The notes under the pieces: model-generated | Database searches by the model: none | What the model saw: the letters and a program-made list of their open reading frames with translations, nothing else | Told to the model about the DNA's origin: nothing | Program-made: the position numbers and the translations under genes | Shown here: piece by piece, positions 18,576 to 29,574 of the stretch | Numbering within the stretch: position 1 is the first letter of the stretch | How the letters are laid out: each line of letters begins with the position of its first letter | From: Candidatus Bathyarchaeota archaeon | Lineage (GTDB): Archaea; Thermoproteota; Bathyarchaeia; TCS64 | Length of the DNA stretch: 64,000 bases | Assembly (NCBI GenBank): GCA_963769425.1 | Contig: CAVYLP010000006.1 | Location: 672,001 to 736,000, forward strand | Direction of reading: 5' to 3'

Positions 18576-19235
18576 ATGGCTCGAGTGGTGCCCCTGAGAG
18601 ATGCGTTAAACACCGATAAAAGTCGATCGGTAAACAGGATCACACCGAAAGAGACAAATTTCGTCAAATATACGCAGATCTTCCGCCAACTCCTCTTGCT
18701 CAATGAGAAGAACGATCTGGCCACGACTCTGAAGAACATACAGGAATTACTAAATTTTAGCGAGAACATATTCAGCTCACCCGCGGTGGCTGAGGCTTTT
18801 CTCTACTTCTGTTTACACGGTGCTGGGACGGCTTGGGTGCTTCAGACTGAGCTCAATCAGCCAGAGGCTACGGTCTACCGTACGCTGAAGAGGCTCAGGG
18901 CAGTAGGCTTAATCGGACCGGCTCTCAAGGTTTCAAAGGTCCAGTCGAGCAAGGGTGGTCCACGCCCGACCATCTGGGCGCTAGAGAGTGCTAGCGGAGA
19001 CGAGATCGCCGCGGCTCTAAAGCATCACTATAGGACACTCAGCCCGAAGTACCGCGTTGCAGAGGAGGTCGCTCAGACCATCCTCGACCAGTACGTCAAG
19101 AGGGGGCGCGAAGAAATCACATACAGGGACCTACTTGAGCAGATTAAGGAGATGCGCATACCCTTCAAGGCGCCCGACATCGCTGATCTCGCGGCCCAGT
19201 ACCTTGTTGAGAAGGGCGTAAAGGTCTGGCGTTAA
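18576..19235 (+). CDS. Winged-HTH protein of unknown function
   Basis: LQTELNQPEATVYRTLKRLRAVGLI...GGPRPTIW wHTH; ATG at 18576. Confidence 0.7.
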   Translation: MARVVPLRDALNTDKSRSVNRITPKETNFVKYTQIFRQLLLLNEKNDLATTLKNIQELLNFSENIFSSPAVAEAFLYFCLHGAGTAWVLQTELNQPEATVYRTLKRLRAVGLIGPALKVSKVQSSKGGPRPTIWALESASGDEIAAALKHHYRTLSPKYRVAEEVAQTILDQYVKRGREEITYRDLLEQIKEMRIPFKAPDIADLAAQYLVEKGVKVWR

Positions 19236-20203
19236 GCCAGTCTGTAGCGTAGTATACCGTTTTCGTTTGATTCGACGATCTCGCCTTTGTTTCTTAAGTA
19301 GATGATGTGGGCATAGGTCTCAGTTGCCGCCATCCTCTTTGTCCAGAAGTCCATTACTAGCCATGGGCGACTGTCCCAGTGGATTGCACCGGCGACGTCA
19401 AATACCGAGCTCTTCCCGTTCCTCAGCGCTTCCTTAACCTCGAGTAAACGGGCTTCATGATGTTTAAAGAGCTGCGCGACGCGGCCTCGGAGGTCCGTGA
19501 AGTTCGTCTCGTGGCCGGGTAGGATGAGATCAACTGGCAAGTCTTTGACTTTGTTCAGGCTGTTGAGGTAGTCTCCGAGTGGGTCTCTCTTTTCCCAGGT
19601 GTGGAGGCTTACGTGGCTGGTGATCTTCGGTAGGACGTGGTCGCCGCTGAAGAGTATTCGCCTATCCGCGTCGTGGAGGCAGATGTGCTCGGCTGCGTGG
19701 CCGGGTGTCCAAATCACCTTTAGCTTCTCGCCTGGAAGGTCTAGTATGTCGCCGTCCTCGAGGAGTTTGTCGAGCCTCAGAGGTTCGGGGTCTTCTCTGA
19801 AGGCGTGTTCGAAGCGGCTTAGGAACTGTTGGAATGAGTCTCCACCCATGAGCTGGAGTTCCTCGGAGGTGTTCCTGTACATCTCCTTGTAGACCCTGAT
19901 CTGCTCCTGCTGTCGCTCCTCGGCGATGCGGTGGGCGAGGGTCTCAACGTCCACGCTCTGCCTGATGTATTCTATGAGTCCAACGTGGTCGTTGTGCATG
20001 TGGGTGATTATGATCCTCTTCAGGTCCTTGAGGTGTGTACCCTGTTCGCCGAGCTGTTTCTCGAGTGAGTTGAGTGAGCCCCAGTCCGGTATGCCTGCGT
20101 CAATCAGGGTCTTGGATTCCTTGAGGAAGTATGAGTATGTGTAGCCTAGGGGGTTATGTATCATCGGGACTTTGAACTGGTGGACGCCTTCGGCGACCTG
20201 CAT
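19232..20203 (-). CDS. MBL-fold metallo-hydrolase
   Basis: THMHNDHVG, TPGHA, FSGDH and PGH motifs; C-terminal wHTH; likely start ATG 20203. Confidence 0.9.
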   Translation of the reverse strand: MQVAEGVHQFKVPMIHNPLGYTYSYFLKESKTLIDAGIPDWGSLNSLEKQLGEQGTHLKDLKRIIITHMHNDHVGLIEYIRQSVDVETLAHRIAEERQQEQIRVYKEMYRNTSEELQLMGGDSFQQFLSRFEHAFREDPEPLRLDKLLEDGDILDLPGEKLKVIWTPGHAAEHICLHDADRRILFSGDHVLPKITSHVSLHTWEKRDPLGDYLNSLNKVKDLPVDLILPGHETNFTDLRGRVAQLFKHHEARLLEVKEALRNGKSSVFDVAGAIHWDSRPWLVMDFWTKRMAATETYAHIIYLRNKGEIVESNENGILRYRLA

Positions 20204-20258
20204 TTGAGCCACTCCTGCAGGTGTCGCGAAACCGGCTTTTAAATGAATGGTGGTCTGG

Positions 20259-21473
20259 TTATCCCAGTTTCTTCTTGCTTCTGTAAGCGTAGAAGAGTAG
20301 GAAGAGCGCAACTATCCCCGCTGCGCCCATTGTCGTCCAGACAACGTTGAAGTTGTATCGGTCTATTAGGAATCCGAGGAGCGTAGACCATAGGGCGCTG
20401 ACCCCCGCGCCGACGGCGAAGAAGAGGCCGGTGAGTATTTCACGCTCGTTTGGACCGGCTATGCTCATCAGGTGTGCTTGCATGAGGGAAGTCAGGGAGA
20501 ACGTTGTCAGGGAGAGTAGGAACAAGTTAGGGATAATTAGCAGGCTGAAGGTCGTGTAGAAGCTCAGGGATAAGATCATCAGGGTAGTGATAGTGAGTGA
20601 GATTATCGCTATCTTGAGGTAGCCCCTCTTCTCGGCGACCCTACCGAGATAGATCGTACCGATGACGCCCCCAATTGTACCGAGGGCACTGACGATGCCG
20701 GCTGCGAGTATCGGCTGATCCAGCCCCTTCGGGCTCCTGAGGAAAAGCGGTACCCATGTGTTGAGGACGCCAAGCCCAGTCCCACCGGAGACGAAGCCAT
20801 AGGCAAGTAGAATCGCTATCGCGCCAGGGACCTTCAAAGAAGCCTTCATATCTTGACCCAGGTTACGATCTTTTCGCTCAATCTGAATGACTCTGGCCGC
20901 TGGCTCTTTCCTTAACACAACAAGGATCAGGATGCCTGTGCATATGGGTATCAGGCCGAGGACGAAGAAGGCGGATTGGTAACCGTAGAGGAAAGCCACG
21001 CTCGAAAGGAGAAGCGGGCTAATAATGTTCCCAACGTAGCCGAGGCCGAAGAAGACGGATAGGGCTGAGCCTATCCCCTTCTTCTGGTACTTCTCCGCTA
21101 TTATCGATGAGCTCATAGGGTGTTGCCCCGCCTGGCCTATGCCCGAGGCGGATTGGCCGCCCAGAACTAGCGCGAATCTATCGGCTGCTCCTGTAATGAC
21201 GCACCCGAGGCCCATCAGGATGTTGGAGCCGCCGAGCAGTACACGCCGCGAGATCCTGCGACTAAGTATGCTGTAGAGAATGGGGAGAATGCCGAGTACA
21301 TTAAGGAGCCCCGTCATCACCCCGATCTGCGTATAGTCGAGTTTCAGGGTGTCAATCATGCTCTGGTTGAGGATACCGGCGCCTTGGAAGAAGTGTTGGG
21401 AGGTGTGGGAGATAGTGATCGCTCCCAGCACTTGCTTATCCGATAAGCCTTGGTTCTCTTTGTCTTCTCCCAT
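20259..21473 (-). CDS. MFS transporter
   Basis: About 12 hydrophobic segments with MFS loop motifs (LSRRISRR, GRVAEKRG). Confidence 0.88.
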   Translation of the reverse strand: MGEDKENQGLSDKQVLGAITISHTSQHFFQGAGILNQSMIDTLKLDYTQIGVMTGLLNVLGILPILYSILSRRISRRVLLGGSNILMGLGCVITGAADRFALVLGGQSASGIGQAGQHPMSSSIIAEKYQKKGIGSALSVFFGLGYVGNIISPLLLSSVAFLYGYQSAFFVLGLIPICTGILILVVLRKEPAARVIQIERKDRNLGQDMKASLKVPGAIAILLAYGFVSGGTGLGVLNTWVPLFLRSPKGLDQPILAAGIVSALGTIGGVIGTIYLGRVAEKRGYLKIAIISLTITTLMILSLSFYTTFSLLIIPNLFLLSLTTFSLTSLMQAHLMSIAGPNEREILTGLFFAVGAGVSALWSTLLGFLIDRYNFNVVWTTMGAAGIVALFLLFYAYRSKKKLG

Positions 21474-21559
21474 GGGTTTGAGTCGCCTAATCAGATTCAG
21501 GGCGGGGTAGCTTGCGTTTAAAGCTACTCTTTATACTTGAGCTACTGAGTCCTCAGTTT

Positions 21560-23164
21560 CTAAGCCTTGCCACGGCTGTAGACCACCTTACCTCCGACGA
21601 TGGTCGTCTCGACGCTTATTTTAAGGAGCCCGCTCTCACCGACCTTGTACGGATCCGCCGAGAGTACGGTGAAGTCGGCTAGTTTTCCCTCCTCAATGGT
21701 CCCCTTACGCCCCTCATTGAATCCGACGTAAGCAGCATTGACGGTGTACATGCGGATAGCCTGGTCGATGGTCACACGTTCTCCTGCTGTGATGATCTTG
21801 TTGGTGTTCTCGGATTGGCGTGTCACAGCCGACCAGATGCCCTTCAGGGGGTTGCAGTAGGTTAGTGGGCAGTCTGAGCTCCCGCTCACGACTATGCCCT
21901 CCTCGAGCATCGACTTGATGGGGTAAGTGTACGCCATCCTCTTCTCGCCGAGGGAGGTTTCGAAGCCGTCACCGTTCCGCGTGACTAGTTCAGGCTGGGT
22001 GGAGACGACGACGCCGAGTCTCTTCGCCTTATCCCTCAGCGCCTTCGGGACTATGCTTCCGTGTTCGATACGGTGTCTGTGGTCAACACGGGGTGTGTCC
22101 TTCAGGGCGGCTTCGTATGCGTTTAGTACCGCCTCGATGGCGCGGTCACCAACCGCATGTGTTGCTATCTGCATCCCCGCCCTGTTCGCCTCGATGATTT
22201 GCTTCGAGAAGACCTTCTCATCGTTCAAGATGCCCATATTATCGGGTTCACCCTCGAAGTGTTCCTTCATCGCAGCCGTCTTCGCGATGAGGGAGCCGTC
22301 GCTGAATATCTTGATCGCCCCGATCCTGAGCATGTCGTCGCCGAGCCCCGAGCTGATCCCTACCTGCAGGATGTTGGGGAGTAGCTCCACCTTCGGCATG
22401 AGGGTCACACGCAGGGGCAGCTTTCCCTCAGTTGCGAGTTCCTGGGTGACCTTGATCTCATCGTGATCGGCGGATGGGACGTGGATGGCTGTTAGGCCGT
22501 ATTCCACTGCTCTTCCGACGCCGATCAGTATCGCTTCCCTGAGGGTGGCGAGGTCGGGTCGTGGGCGGACCCCGTTAAGGCCCACTGGGGCCATGAATCT
22601 GGCGTTGGACCGCAGGAACCCAGTTGGTTCCCCCTTTGCGTCGACGTCTATCCATCCACCCGCGGGGGGCTTCGTGTTTCTATTGATTCCCGCTGCTTGG
22701 AGGCCTCTTGAGTTGAGGAGCGTCGCGTGGCAGGAGAAGTGGTGAAGGTAGACTGGGTTATCGGGGGAGACGTCGTCGATGTCCCAGCGTGTTAGGAGGC
22801 GCCTCTCCTTTAGGAGGCTCTCGTTCCATCCCCGACCCATCACCCACTCTCCTTTGTGAGTTCCTTTCACTCGTTCCTTGAGCAGGCTCCTGACCTCCTC
22901 CACCGACTTCGCCTCCTCTAGATTCAGGGTCCTCAGGGTCAATCCGAAGTCGTCGAGGTGAACGTGGGTGTCGATGAATCCGGGCAGAACGGTCTTCCCG
23001 CTGAGGTCTATGACCTTCGTCTCTTTCCCTGTCCCCTTTTCCACCTCCTTACTCGAGCCCAGCTGGGCTATCACACCATATTTCACAGCGACCGCCTCTA
23101 CGCGAGGCGTCTTCTCATTCAATGTCAGAACATTACCGTTCGTCAGTACAAGGTCAGGATACAT
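21560..23164 (-). CDS. YtcJ-like amidohydrolase (amidohydrolase_3)
   Basis: PGFIDTHVH, KIFSDGS, HAVGDRA, RHRIEH, SSDCP and G.IE.GKLADF motifs. Confidence 0.9.
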   Translation of the reverse strand: MYPDLVLTNGNVLTLNEKTPRVEAVAVKYGVIAQLGSSKEVEKGTGKETKVIDLSGKTVLPGFIDTHVHLDDFGLTLRTLNLEEAKSVEEVRSLLKERVKGTHKGEWVMGRGWNESLLKERRLLTRWDIDDVSPDNPVYLHHFSCHATLLNSRGLQAAGINRNTKPPAGGWIDVDAKGEPTGFLRSNARFMAPVGLNGVRPRPDLATLREAILIGVGRAVEYGLTAIHVPSADHDEIKVTQELATEGKLPLRVTLMPKVELLPNILQVGISSGLGDDMLRIGAIKIFSDGSLIAKTAAMKEHFEGEPDNMGILNDEKVFSKQIIEANRAGMQIATHAVGDRAIEAVLNAYEAALKDTPRVDHRHRIEHGSIVPKALRDKAKRLGVVVSTQPELVTRNGDGFETSLGEKRMAYTYPIKSMLEEGIVVSGSSDCPLTYCNPLKGIWSAVTRQSENTNKIITAGERVTIDQAIRMYTVNAAYVGFNEGRKGTIEEGKLADFTVLSADPYKVGESGLLKISVETTIVGGKVVYSRGKA

Positions 23165-23545
23165 ACGACCCACTCGGTAACAGTGCAACGCCACACGCTA
23201 TTAATAGTGACTCAAATGTGGCAACTTGGTCAGCCCGCACTGTCTGGGATAACGGAATCTCCTTTTTTAGACAAAACCGCTTTTATTTGAGCAATTGCTT
23301 AAAAATATGGGTATTCCGAGTATTTTATCCCAAATAGAAGCCTTTTTTTAAGCTTGAGACTTCTGGGAAGCTTTATTACGATGCGCTCCCGACCATTGCA
23401 GAATAATCGCAGGCCTTAATCTTGACGTTGGAGAGAGGAGTTCCCGGATACGCTGAACGTCTAGCAACGGTTACGTACCCGACGCAGTCTCGACTTGCAG
23501 ACGCCGCTTTCTGGCCTACGTAATCAGTTCAGAAGATGAAGTCAC

Positions 23546-25378
23546 GTGAGTGTTGCTAAACCCATCCTTGAGTGGATTAGAACCCTAAAAGTACAGCTCG
23601 ATATGCAGAGGTCGATAAAGGCCTTCAAGATAGTTGCGAAGTACAACAAGCCCTACTTCCCGTTTCTAGGACTGATTGTTCTTCTCTCAGTCGCCCGCTC
23701 CTACCTATTCACCCTCGAGCCCCTATACACCGCCCAGATCATTGACAACGTGATCGTCGCCAACGACTACAATCTTCTAATGGGGTTGCTTGTCAGGATA
23801 TTCCTGGCGGTCGCCGGCTTCGGAATACTGAACTTCGTGATCATTTTCCTCAACGGCTACACATCCAAGAACATTATCAGAGATATTCGCGCTGATTACT
23901 ACCGGTCGCTTCAGGAAAAATCGTTCGATTTCCACGACGCGTCCGCCGTCGGGGACCTGATTTCGAGGGCAACGATGGACCTTCAACCCCTCGACATGTT
24001 CCTCGGCCAGTCGGTGGGTGTCGTCTGCGACGCCGTCTTCACCGCCATCGCGGTATTCCTGGTCATGTTTTCCATCAACCAGACGATGAGCCTCATCGCG
24101 GTCGTGCCCATAGTCATCGTCTTCTACCTCAACGTCGGCCTCTTCACGAAGACTATGCCCCTCTTCAGGAGGATGCAGATGATCCTCGGCCGGCTGGGCG
24201 CTTACATCCAGCAGGACATCATCGGAATGAAGAATGTCCGCATCTTCCAGAGGGAGGAGGAGATGGAGGACGGCTTCAAGCAGGTCGAGGAAAAGTATGT
24301 ACAGACCGCGATTAGCGCCGGAAGGATAGCCTCCATATACACGCCAGCGGCTGAGGCGGGACTATCGATCGGCGTGACCCTCATCTACATCTACGGGGCC
24401 AACCTCATAGTCGCCCCTCTTGCGATTCTCACGATCGGTGACCTCATACTCTTCACCCGGTACATGCGCAGGCTCACGATGCCTCTGAAGAACCTCAGCA
24501 TGGTCATCGGGCAGTGGGTCAACGCCTCCGCAGGCTTCGAGCGCGTAAACGACATGATGGAGGCCCCGATCGCGGTGAAGGACCTACCCGATGCTGAGGA
24601 CCACAAGATAGAGCGTGGTGAGATCGTCTTCAAGGACGTGTGCTTCGGGTACGTTCCTAACACCCCTGCCCTCAAGAACGTGAACGTTGACGTGAAACCA
24701 GGTGAGAAGATCGCGATACTAGGCGCAACAGGATCGGGGAAGACGACTCTGATCTACCTAGTTCCGAGGTTCTACGACATAAACTCGGGAAGCCTCACTA
24801 TCGATGGGCAGGACATCAAGAGCTTCAAGCTTGCTTCTCTTCGGAAGCAGATCGGACTAGTTCTACAGGATGTATTCCTCTTCTCCGGCACAATCAGGGA
24901 TAACATTGCGTTCGGTAACCCCGCCGCCTCGAATGACGACGTTATCAAGGCGGCGAAGCTGGCCCAGATCCACGACTTCATCGAGAGCCTACCGGAGAGG
25001 TATGACACAATAATCGGTGAGCGTGGCGTTACCCTTTCGGGGGGGCAGAAGCAGAGGGTAACTATCGCCCGCGCCCTGCTCACGGACCCTAAGATACTGA
25101 TACTCGACGACTCGCTCTCTTTCGTCGACGCTAAGACTGAACATGAGATCCAGCAGGCCATAGACGAGGCGATGAGGGGGAGGACTACCCTCATGATTGC
25201 CCAGCGGCTGTCAACGATCAAGAACGCGGATAGGATCATCGTCCTCGACAATGGTGAGATCGTGGAGCTTGGCAGTCACAACGAACTGATGGCGATGAAC
25301 GGGATCTACAAGAGGATCTACGAGACCCAGTTCCTGGAGAAGGCTCCCGAGGAGATCCTCGCAGGGAGGGTGAAGTAA
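23546..25378 (+). CDS. ABC exporter, fused permease/ATPase (subunit 1)
   Basis: TM domain, Walker A GATGSGKTT, LSGGQKQR signature and degenerate Walker B ILDD. Confidence 0.93.
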   Translation: MSVAKPILEWIRTLKVQLDMQRSIKAFKIVAKYNKPYFPFLGLIVLLSVARSYLFTLEPLYTAQIIDNVIVANDYNLLMGLLVRIFLAVAGFGILNFVIIFLNGYTSKNIIRDIRADYYRSLQEKSFDFHDASAVGDLISRATMDLQPLDMFLGQSVGVVCDAVFTAIAVFLVMFSINQTMSLIAVVPIVIVFYLNVGLFTKTMPLFRRMQMILGRLGAYIQQDIIGMKNVRIFQREEEMEDGFKQVEEKYVQTAISAGRIASIYTPAAEAGLSIGVTLIYIYGANLIVAPLAILTIGDLILFTRYMRRLTMPLKNLSMVIGQWVNASAGFERVNDMMEAPIAVKDLPDAEDHKIERGEIVFKDVCFGYVPNTPALKNVNVDVKPGEKIAILGATGSGKTTLIYLVPRFYDINSGSLTIDGQDIKSFKLASLRKQIGLVLQDVFLFSGTIRDNIAFGNPAASNDDVIKAAKLAQIHDFIESLPERYDTIIGERGVTLSGGQKQRVTIARALLTDPKILILDDSLSFVDAKTEHEIQQAIDEAMRGRTTLMIAQRLSTIKNADRIIVLDNGEIVELGSHNELMAMNGIYKRIYETQFLEKAPEEILAGRVK

Positions 25379-27217
25379 ATGTCACGTGAATTCAGCGATT
25401 TCTCGACGAAGACGGAGGAGGCTCGGAAGAGGACCATATCTGACTCCGACCTAATCAGGAGGCTCTACAGGTACGCCGAGGGATTCCGGAGGAACTTCTT
25501 AATCGGCATGGCGACGATCGTCCTGACCGCGGTCACATCGCTCACGATACCTTACCTACACCTAGTCGTAATAGACGATATCATCACCCCCAAGAACCTT
25601 GCCGGATTCATGTGGTGGATCCCCATCTTCCTCTTCGTCACGGTCGCCCACTACCTTGTGCAGTACACCCAGATCTTCCAGATGAGGGTAGTCGGGGAGA
25701 ACGTCGTCGCTAAGATGCGCGACCAGATGATCAGGAAGCTCCAGCAGATCTCCCTCAGGTACTTCTCTGAGGGGGAGCTGGGGAGGATCTTGTCAAGGCC
25801 GGTGAACGACGCTAACCTCGTTCGAATATTCGTCAGGCAGGGGCTCGCGCAGATCGTTCTCGACGTGTCATCGATAGTTGGCTCACTCGTTATAATTTTC
25901 TTCATCAACGCCAAGCTTGCGCTGATCGCTATATCTATTGTCCCGTTTGCCGTTATAGTCGCCTGGAGCCTCGGGAAGATATCGAGGAAGTACTATCGCA
26001 GGGTCCTCATGTACACCTCCGGCATGGTCGCCAAGATACAGGAGAACCTATCGGGTATCAAGGTCATCAAAGCGTTCACGCAGGAGGATAGGACGACCGA
26101 GGGCTTCCTGGAGGCTCAGGACAAGGTCTACCATACGCAGGTGCGGACGGTCGCTATCTCAAGCTCGTATCAGCCTATCCTGCTGATTATGAGGATCATC
26201 GGTACGATACTGATCCTCTACTTCGGCGCGGTGATGGCTATGTCTGGCGAGATTACGATAGGTATACTCGTCGCATTCACGGAGTACCAGTTCCAGTACT
26301 TCCAGCCATTACTGGACCTCATCACCCAGTGGGATCAGTACCAGTCCTCGATGTCCGCTATCGAGAGAATGTTTGACCTCATCGACACGACGGTTGAGAT
26401 ACAGGAACCGTCTGAGGCAACGGCGGTCAAGATCGAGCACATTGATGAGGTAAAGTTCGACGACGTTACCTTCGGTTACGACAGGAACATCCCGGTGCTC
26501 AAGAACATCGACTTCACTCTCTCGAAGGGGAAGAAGATGGCCTTCGTGGGTCCCACGGGGGCGGGAAAGAGCACGATCATAAACCTGATCTCAAAGTTCT
26601 ATATGCCCCTCAGTGGCGAGGTGCTCATCAACGGGCACGATATGAAGGACGTCACGACCGAGTCTCTACGCGCCCACATGAGTATAGTGTTGCAGGACTC
26701 GTTCCTCTTCCCGATGAGCGTCAGGGACAACATCCGCTTCGGTAAGCCGGAGGCGAGCGACGACGACGTCGTGTCAGCCGCGAAGTCCGTTGGGGCACAC
26801 GACTTCATCATGAAGCTGCCCGGCGGCTACGACTACATCCTGAAGGAGGGTTCGAGCAACATCTCCATCGGGCAGAGGCAGCTCATCAGCTTCGCTAGGA
26901 CCCTGCTGATGAACCCGGACCTCCTCATACTCGACGAGGCTACGTCGAGCATCGACCCGTATACTGAGTTGGTCATCCAGAACGCGTTGAAGGCCCTCCT
27001 CGAGAACCGCATGGCGATAATCATCGCCCACAGGCTGTCGACGATTAGGCTCTGTGATGAGATTCTTGTCATCGATCACGGGGTGGTCGTGGAACGTGGC
27101 TCGCACTTCGCCTTGATGTCGAGCGGCGGTTTGTACGCGTCGTTCTACAAGATGCAGTTCAAGGAGGAGAGTGGACTAATAGGAGCCTCGACGGAGGCTC
27201 ATATCAGTACAACTTAG
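25379..27217 (+). CDS. ABC exporter, fused permease/ATPase (subunit 2)
   Basis: GPTGAGKST, ISIGQRQ, ILDEATS and IAHRLST; abuts subunit 1, as expected for a heterodimeric exporter. Confidence 0.93.
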   Translation: MSREFSDFSTKTEEARKRTISDSDLIRRLYRYAEGFRRNFLIGMATIVLTAVTSLTIPYLHLVVIDDIITPKNLAGFMWWIPIFLFVTVAHYLVQYTQIFQMRVVGENVVAKMRDQMIRKLQQISLRYFSEGELGRILSRPVNDANLVRIFVRQGLAQIVLDVSSIVGSLVIIFFINAKLALIAISIVPFAVIVAWSLGKISRKYYRRVLMYTSGMVAKIQENLSGIKVIKAFTQEDRTTEGFLEAQDKVYHTQVRTVAISSSYQPILLIMRIIGTILILYFGAVMAMSGEITIGILVAFTEYQFQYFQPLLDLITQWDQYQSSMSAIERMFDLIDTTVEIQEPSEATAVKIEHIDEVKFDDVTFGYDRNIPVLKNIDFTLSKGKKMAFVGPTGAGKSTIINLISKFYMPLSGEVLINGHDMKDVTTESLRAHMSIVLQDSFLFPMSVRDNIRFGKPEASDDDVVSAAKSVGAHDFIMKLPGGYDYILKEGSSNISIGQRQLISFARTLLMNPDLLILDEATSSIDPYTELVIQNALKALLENRMAIIIAHRLSTIRLCDEILVIDHGVVVERGSHFALMSSGGLYASFYKMQFKEESGLIGASTEAHISTT

Positions 27218-27228
27218 CCCCTTTTTTC

Positions 27229-28065
27229 TTAGCGATACTGGAGTGAGAGGAGGCGCTCCTTCTCGTCGAATCCCTCTATCTCCGAGCCGTCCGCTCGTTT
27301 CTGCCCAATACGACGCGCCGCCTCAGCATAACCCTTCGAGAGCTTGTACTCGGGCGCCATCGTGAACCGGGTGGGGAGGTTGCTTGTCCCCCTCTGCTCA
27401 AGGCCGTGGGCTAGCTCCTCGATCTTGCTCTTCGGCGCGGTGAAGATCATCTCGTCGTCCTGGGCACCAGCGTATCCCCTGTCCCCCCTGCATGGTACCG
27501 ATACCTGGCACTCGTCCTTGAGGAGGCTCGGTACGACGGAGTAGACGCAGGCGGAGTGTCCCCCGAGGACGGTCGTGATGTCCCGCCCATCCCTGTAGGC
27601 GATACCGAGTAGTAGTTTGAGTAGTTGGGCGGAGTTACAGTAGATCACGGCGGCGTCGGGTTCGAATGTCGCGGTCTTCAACGGCGCTGAGACTACACCA
27701 ACGTATTCTCCTGTTTTGAGCCTCGGTACTTCTCGCGCCCAGTTTGCTCCGGCTTCTAGCGAGGCGACCCCGTCTGGGTATCGTGTCTCGCCCGCTAGGA
27801 AGTTGCTCGGGGGCTCGGCGAGGCCGAAGCCTATGACGGGTTCGGGGCACCACATGTCTTCGAATAGCTGGGCGACTGTTTTGCCGAATTTTCTGGAGAG
27901 GGAGAAGCACTGGCATGTTGACATGCAGGCTCCGTAGTCGCGCTTCGGCCTCTCGGCCTCCTCCGGTACCTCTTCGGGGTTCCTCAGCATCTTTATCGCG
28001 AGGGGGTAGCTGGCGGGGCGTATCTGCTCCTCTATGCGTTTACCGTATTCGTTGTAGGGATTCAA
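27229..28065 (-). CDS. DUF169-family protein
   Basis: P.AIK, TCQ, C......G, FEPD, SAC, and C.GDR.Y.G..DDEM motifs. Confidence 0.8.
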   Translation of the reverse strand: MNPYNEYGKRIEEQIRPASYPLAIKMLRNPEEVPEEAERPKRDYGACMSTCQCFSLSRKFGKTVAQLFEDMWCPEPVIGFGLAEPPSNFLAGETRYPDGVASLEAGANWAREVPRLKTGEYVGVVSAPLKTATFEPDAAVIYCNSAQLLKLLLGIAYRDGRDITTVLGGHSACVYSVVPSLLKDECQVSVPCRGDRGYAGAQDDEMIFTAPKSKIEELAHGLEQRGTSNLPTRFTMAPEYKLSKGYAEAARRIGQKRADGSEIEGFDEKERLLSLQYR

Positions 28066-28116
28066 TTAGGACACTGGAGGGTGCTCTGGGTTCGTCCGGT
28101 AAAATCTTTGTCATGG

Positions 28117-29574
28117 TCAGCTGGGTGGGAGTATCCACCACTCCGACCCGGGGCGGTCAACCCACTCTGGCCACCGCAGCCCCACTGGTGGCTTGAGGCC
28201 GGCTGGCATCAGGGGCTTTTCCCAGTGCTCGGAGCGCCTTTTATCGAATTCGGCCTTAGCTGTTTTAAGCGCTTCAGGATTCTTTACGAGGTCGATCGCA
28301 CTAGCGGCTAGGACGGTCGCTGCGGTTTCACCCATTCGATGAGTTGCCCCCATACTGCAGAGGGCTGATTCGACCCATCGGGGGTATCTGAATCCCGGTA
28401 TCATCGCCTTGCTGACGTATAGGCGGGCCGTCGGGGAATGCCAAGTGAACTCGTTGACGTCGTCGGCGGGGTGGAAGGCCCCGTACGCCTTCTCAGGAGG
28501 AACTATGGTGACGTCGTATGGTTGCTCGGTCTCCTTCTGGCCGAGGTTTCTCTGGATCTCGCGGGCGAAGGCCTTGTCCTCCTCCGTGTACCTGTTGGGG
28601 CCGTGGGCCTTGAGGTTGGCCATGACGAGGTTCGTCATCGTCGTGTTGGGTAGGCCGGTCCTGACGGCGGTTATGATCCGGGGTTCGACCTTGCAGTCGG
28701 CTGCGATGGCGGCTCCTTTGGCGCAGCGCTCGATAACCTTCCTGATAGCGTCTTGGTCGGGGAGGTTTTCCGTCCTCCATGCGTAGACGAGTTGGCTGAA
28801 CTCGGGTGTGCTCACGGTGCACTGGCCGCCTGTCATGACGAATTCGTTGATGCTTCCGCCGCGGCGCATCAGGGCGGGCATGTGCTCCTTCATGGTGTTG
28901 ACGTTGTTGTACATGATGACGGCGGCGTCGAGTGCGCCGGGGTAGCTGACGTCCCCGCTCTGGCCACCGGAGGCGGACTCGACCTTGAACTCGAAGACCA
29001 TGCTCATGTAGGTGAGGGGCCAGACGTCTCCGAGGACGCTGGTTGGGCCGCCGGGGTGCCAAGCTAGGAGGGCGTCCATTCCTTCGAAGAGGCCGTCGCG
29101 GGCCATGAAGGGTTTGCCGACGCAGAGTTTCTCTGCGGGTGTCCCTAGTAGTCTTATCTTGACGGGTAGCTTGTGGCGCTCGGCTGTCTCCTTCAGGGCG
29201 ACGGCGGCGAAGCATGATGCGACGCCTAGCATGTTGTGGGCGTCGGTGAATCCGGCGCCGTAGGGTACTGCGGGTTCGTCCCATGGGACGGGTTTCTGGC
29301 TGTGTCCTGGCGTTGCGTCGTATTCGGAGAAGAAGCCTATGACTGGGCCCTTATCGCCCCACTCTGATTTGAAGGCCGTCGGCATGTCTGAGACTCCGGT
29401 CTCGACGTTGAAGCCGTTCTTCCTGAGGTATTCTACAAGGAGTTTCGACGACTTGTACTCGCGGAGCCCAGGTTCGGCGTATGAGAAGATCTTGTTACTC
29501 ATCTCGGCCATTTCGGCCGAGTTGTCATCGACCCACTTCTCGGCGGTGGCCTTTTCTCCACTCCAGATGCTCAA
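28117..29574 (-). CDS. M20 amidohydrolase, AbgB-like
   Basis: EPGLREYKSS, PTAF, EYDA.PG, HNMLG, PAE and WHP motifs, with non-canonical substitutions. Confidence 0.8.
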   Translation of the reverse strand: MSIWSGEKATAEKWVDDNSAEMAEMSNKIFSYAEPGLREYKSSKLLVEYLRKNGFNVETGVSDMPTAFKSEWGDKGPVIGFFSEYDATPGHSQKPVPWDEPAVPYGAGFTDAHNMLGVASCFAAVALKETAERHKLPVKIRLLGTPAEKLCVGKPFMARDGLFEGMDALLAWHPGGPTSVLGDVWPLTYMSMVFEFKVESASGGQSGDVSYPGALDAAVIMYNNVNTMKEHMPALMRRGGSINEFVMTGGQCTVSTPEFSQLVYAWRTENLPDQDAIRKVIERCAKGAAIAADCKVEPRIITAVRTGLPNTTMTNLVMANLKAHGPNRYTEEDKAFAREIQRNLGQKETEQPYDVTIVPPEKAYGAFHPADDVNEFTWHSPTARLYVSKAMIPGFRYPRWVESALCSMGATHRMGETAATVLAASAIDLVKNPEALKTAKAEFDKRRSEHWEKPLMPAGLKPPVGLRWPEWVDRPGSEWWILPPS

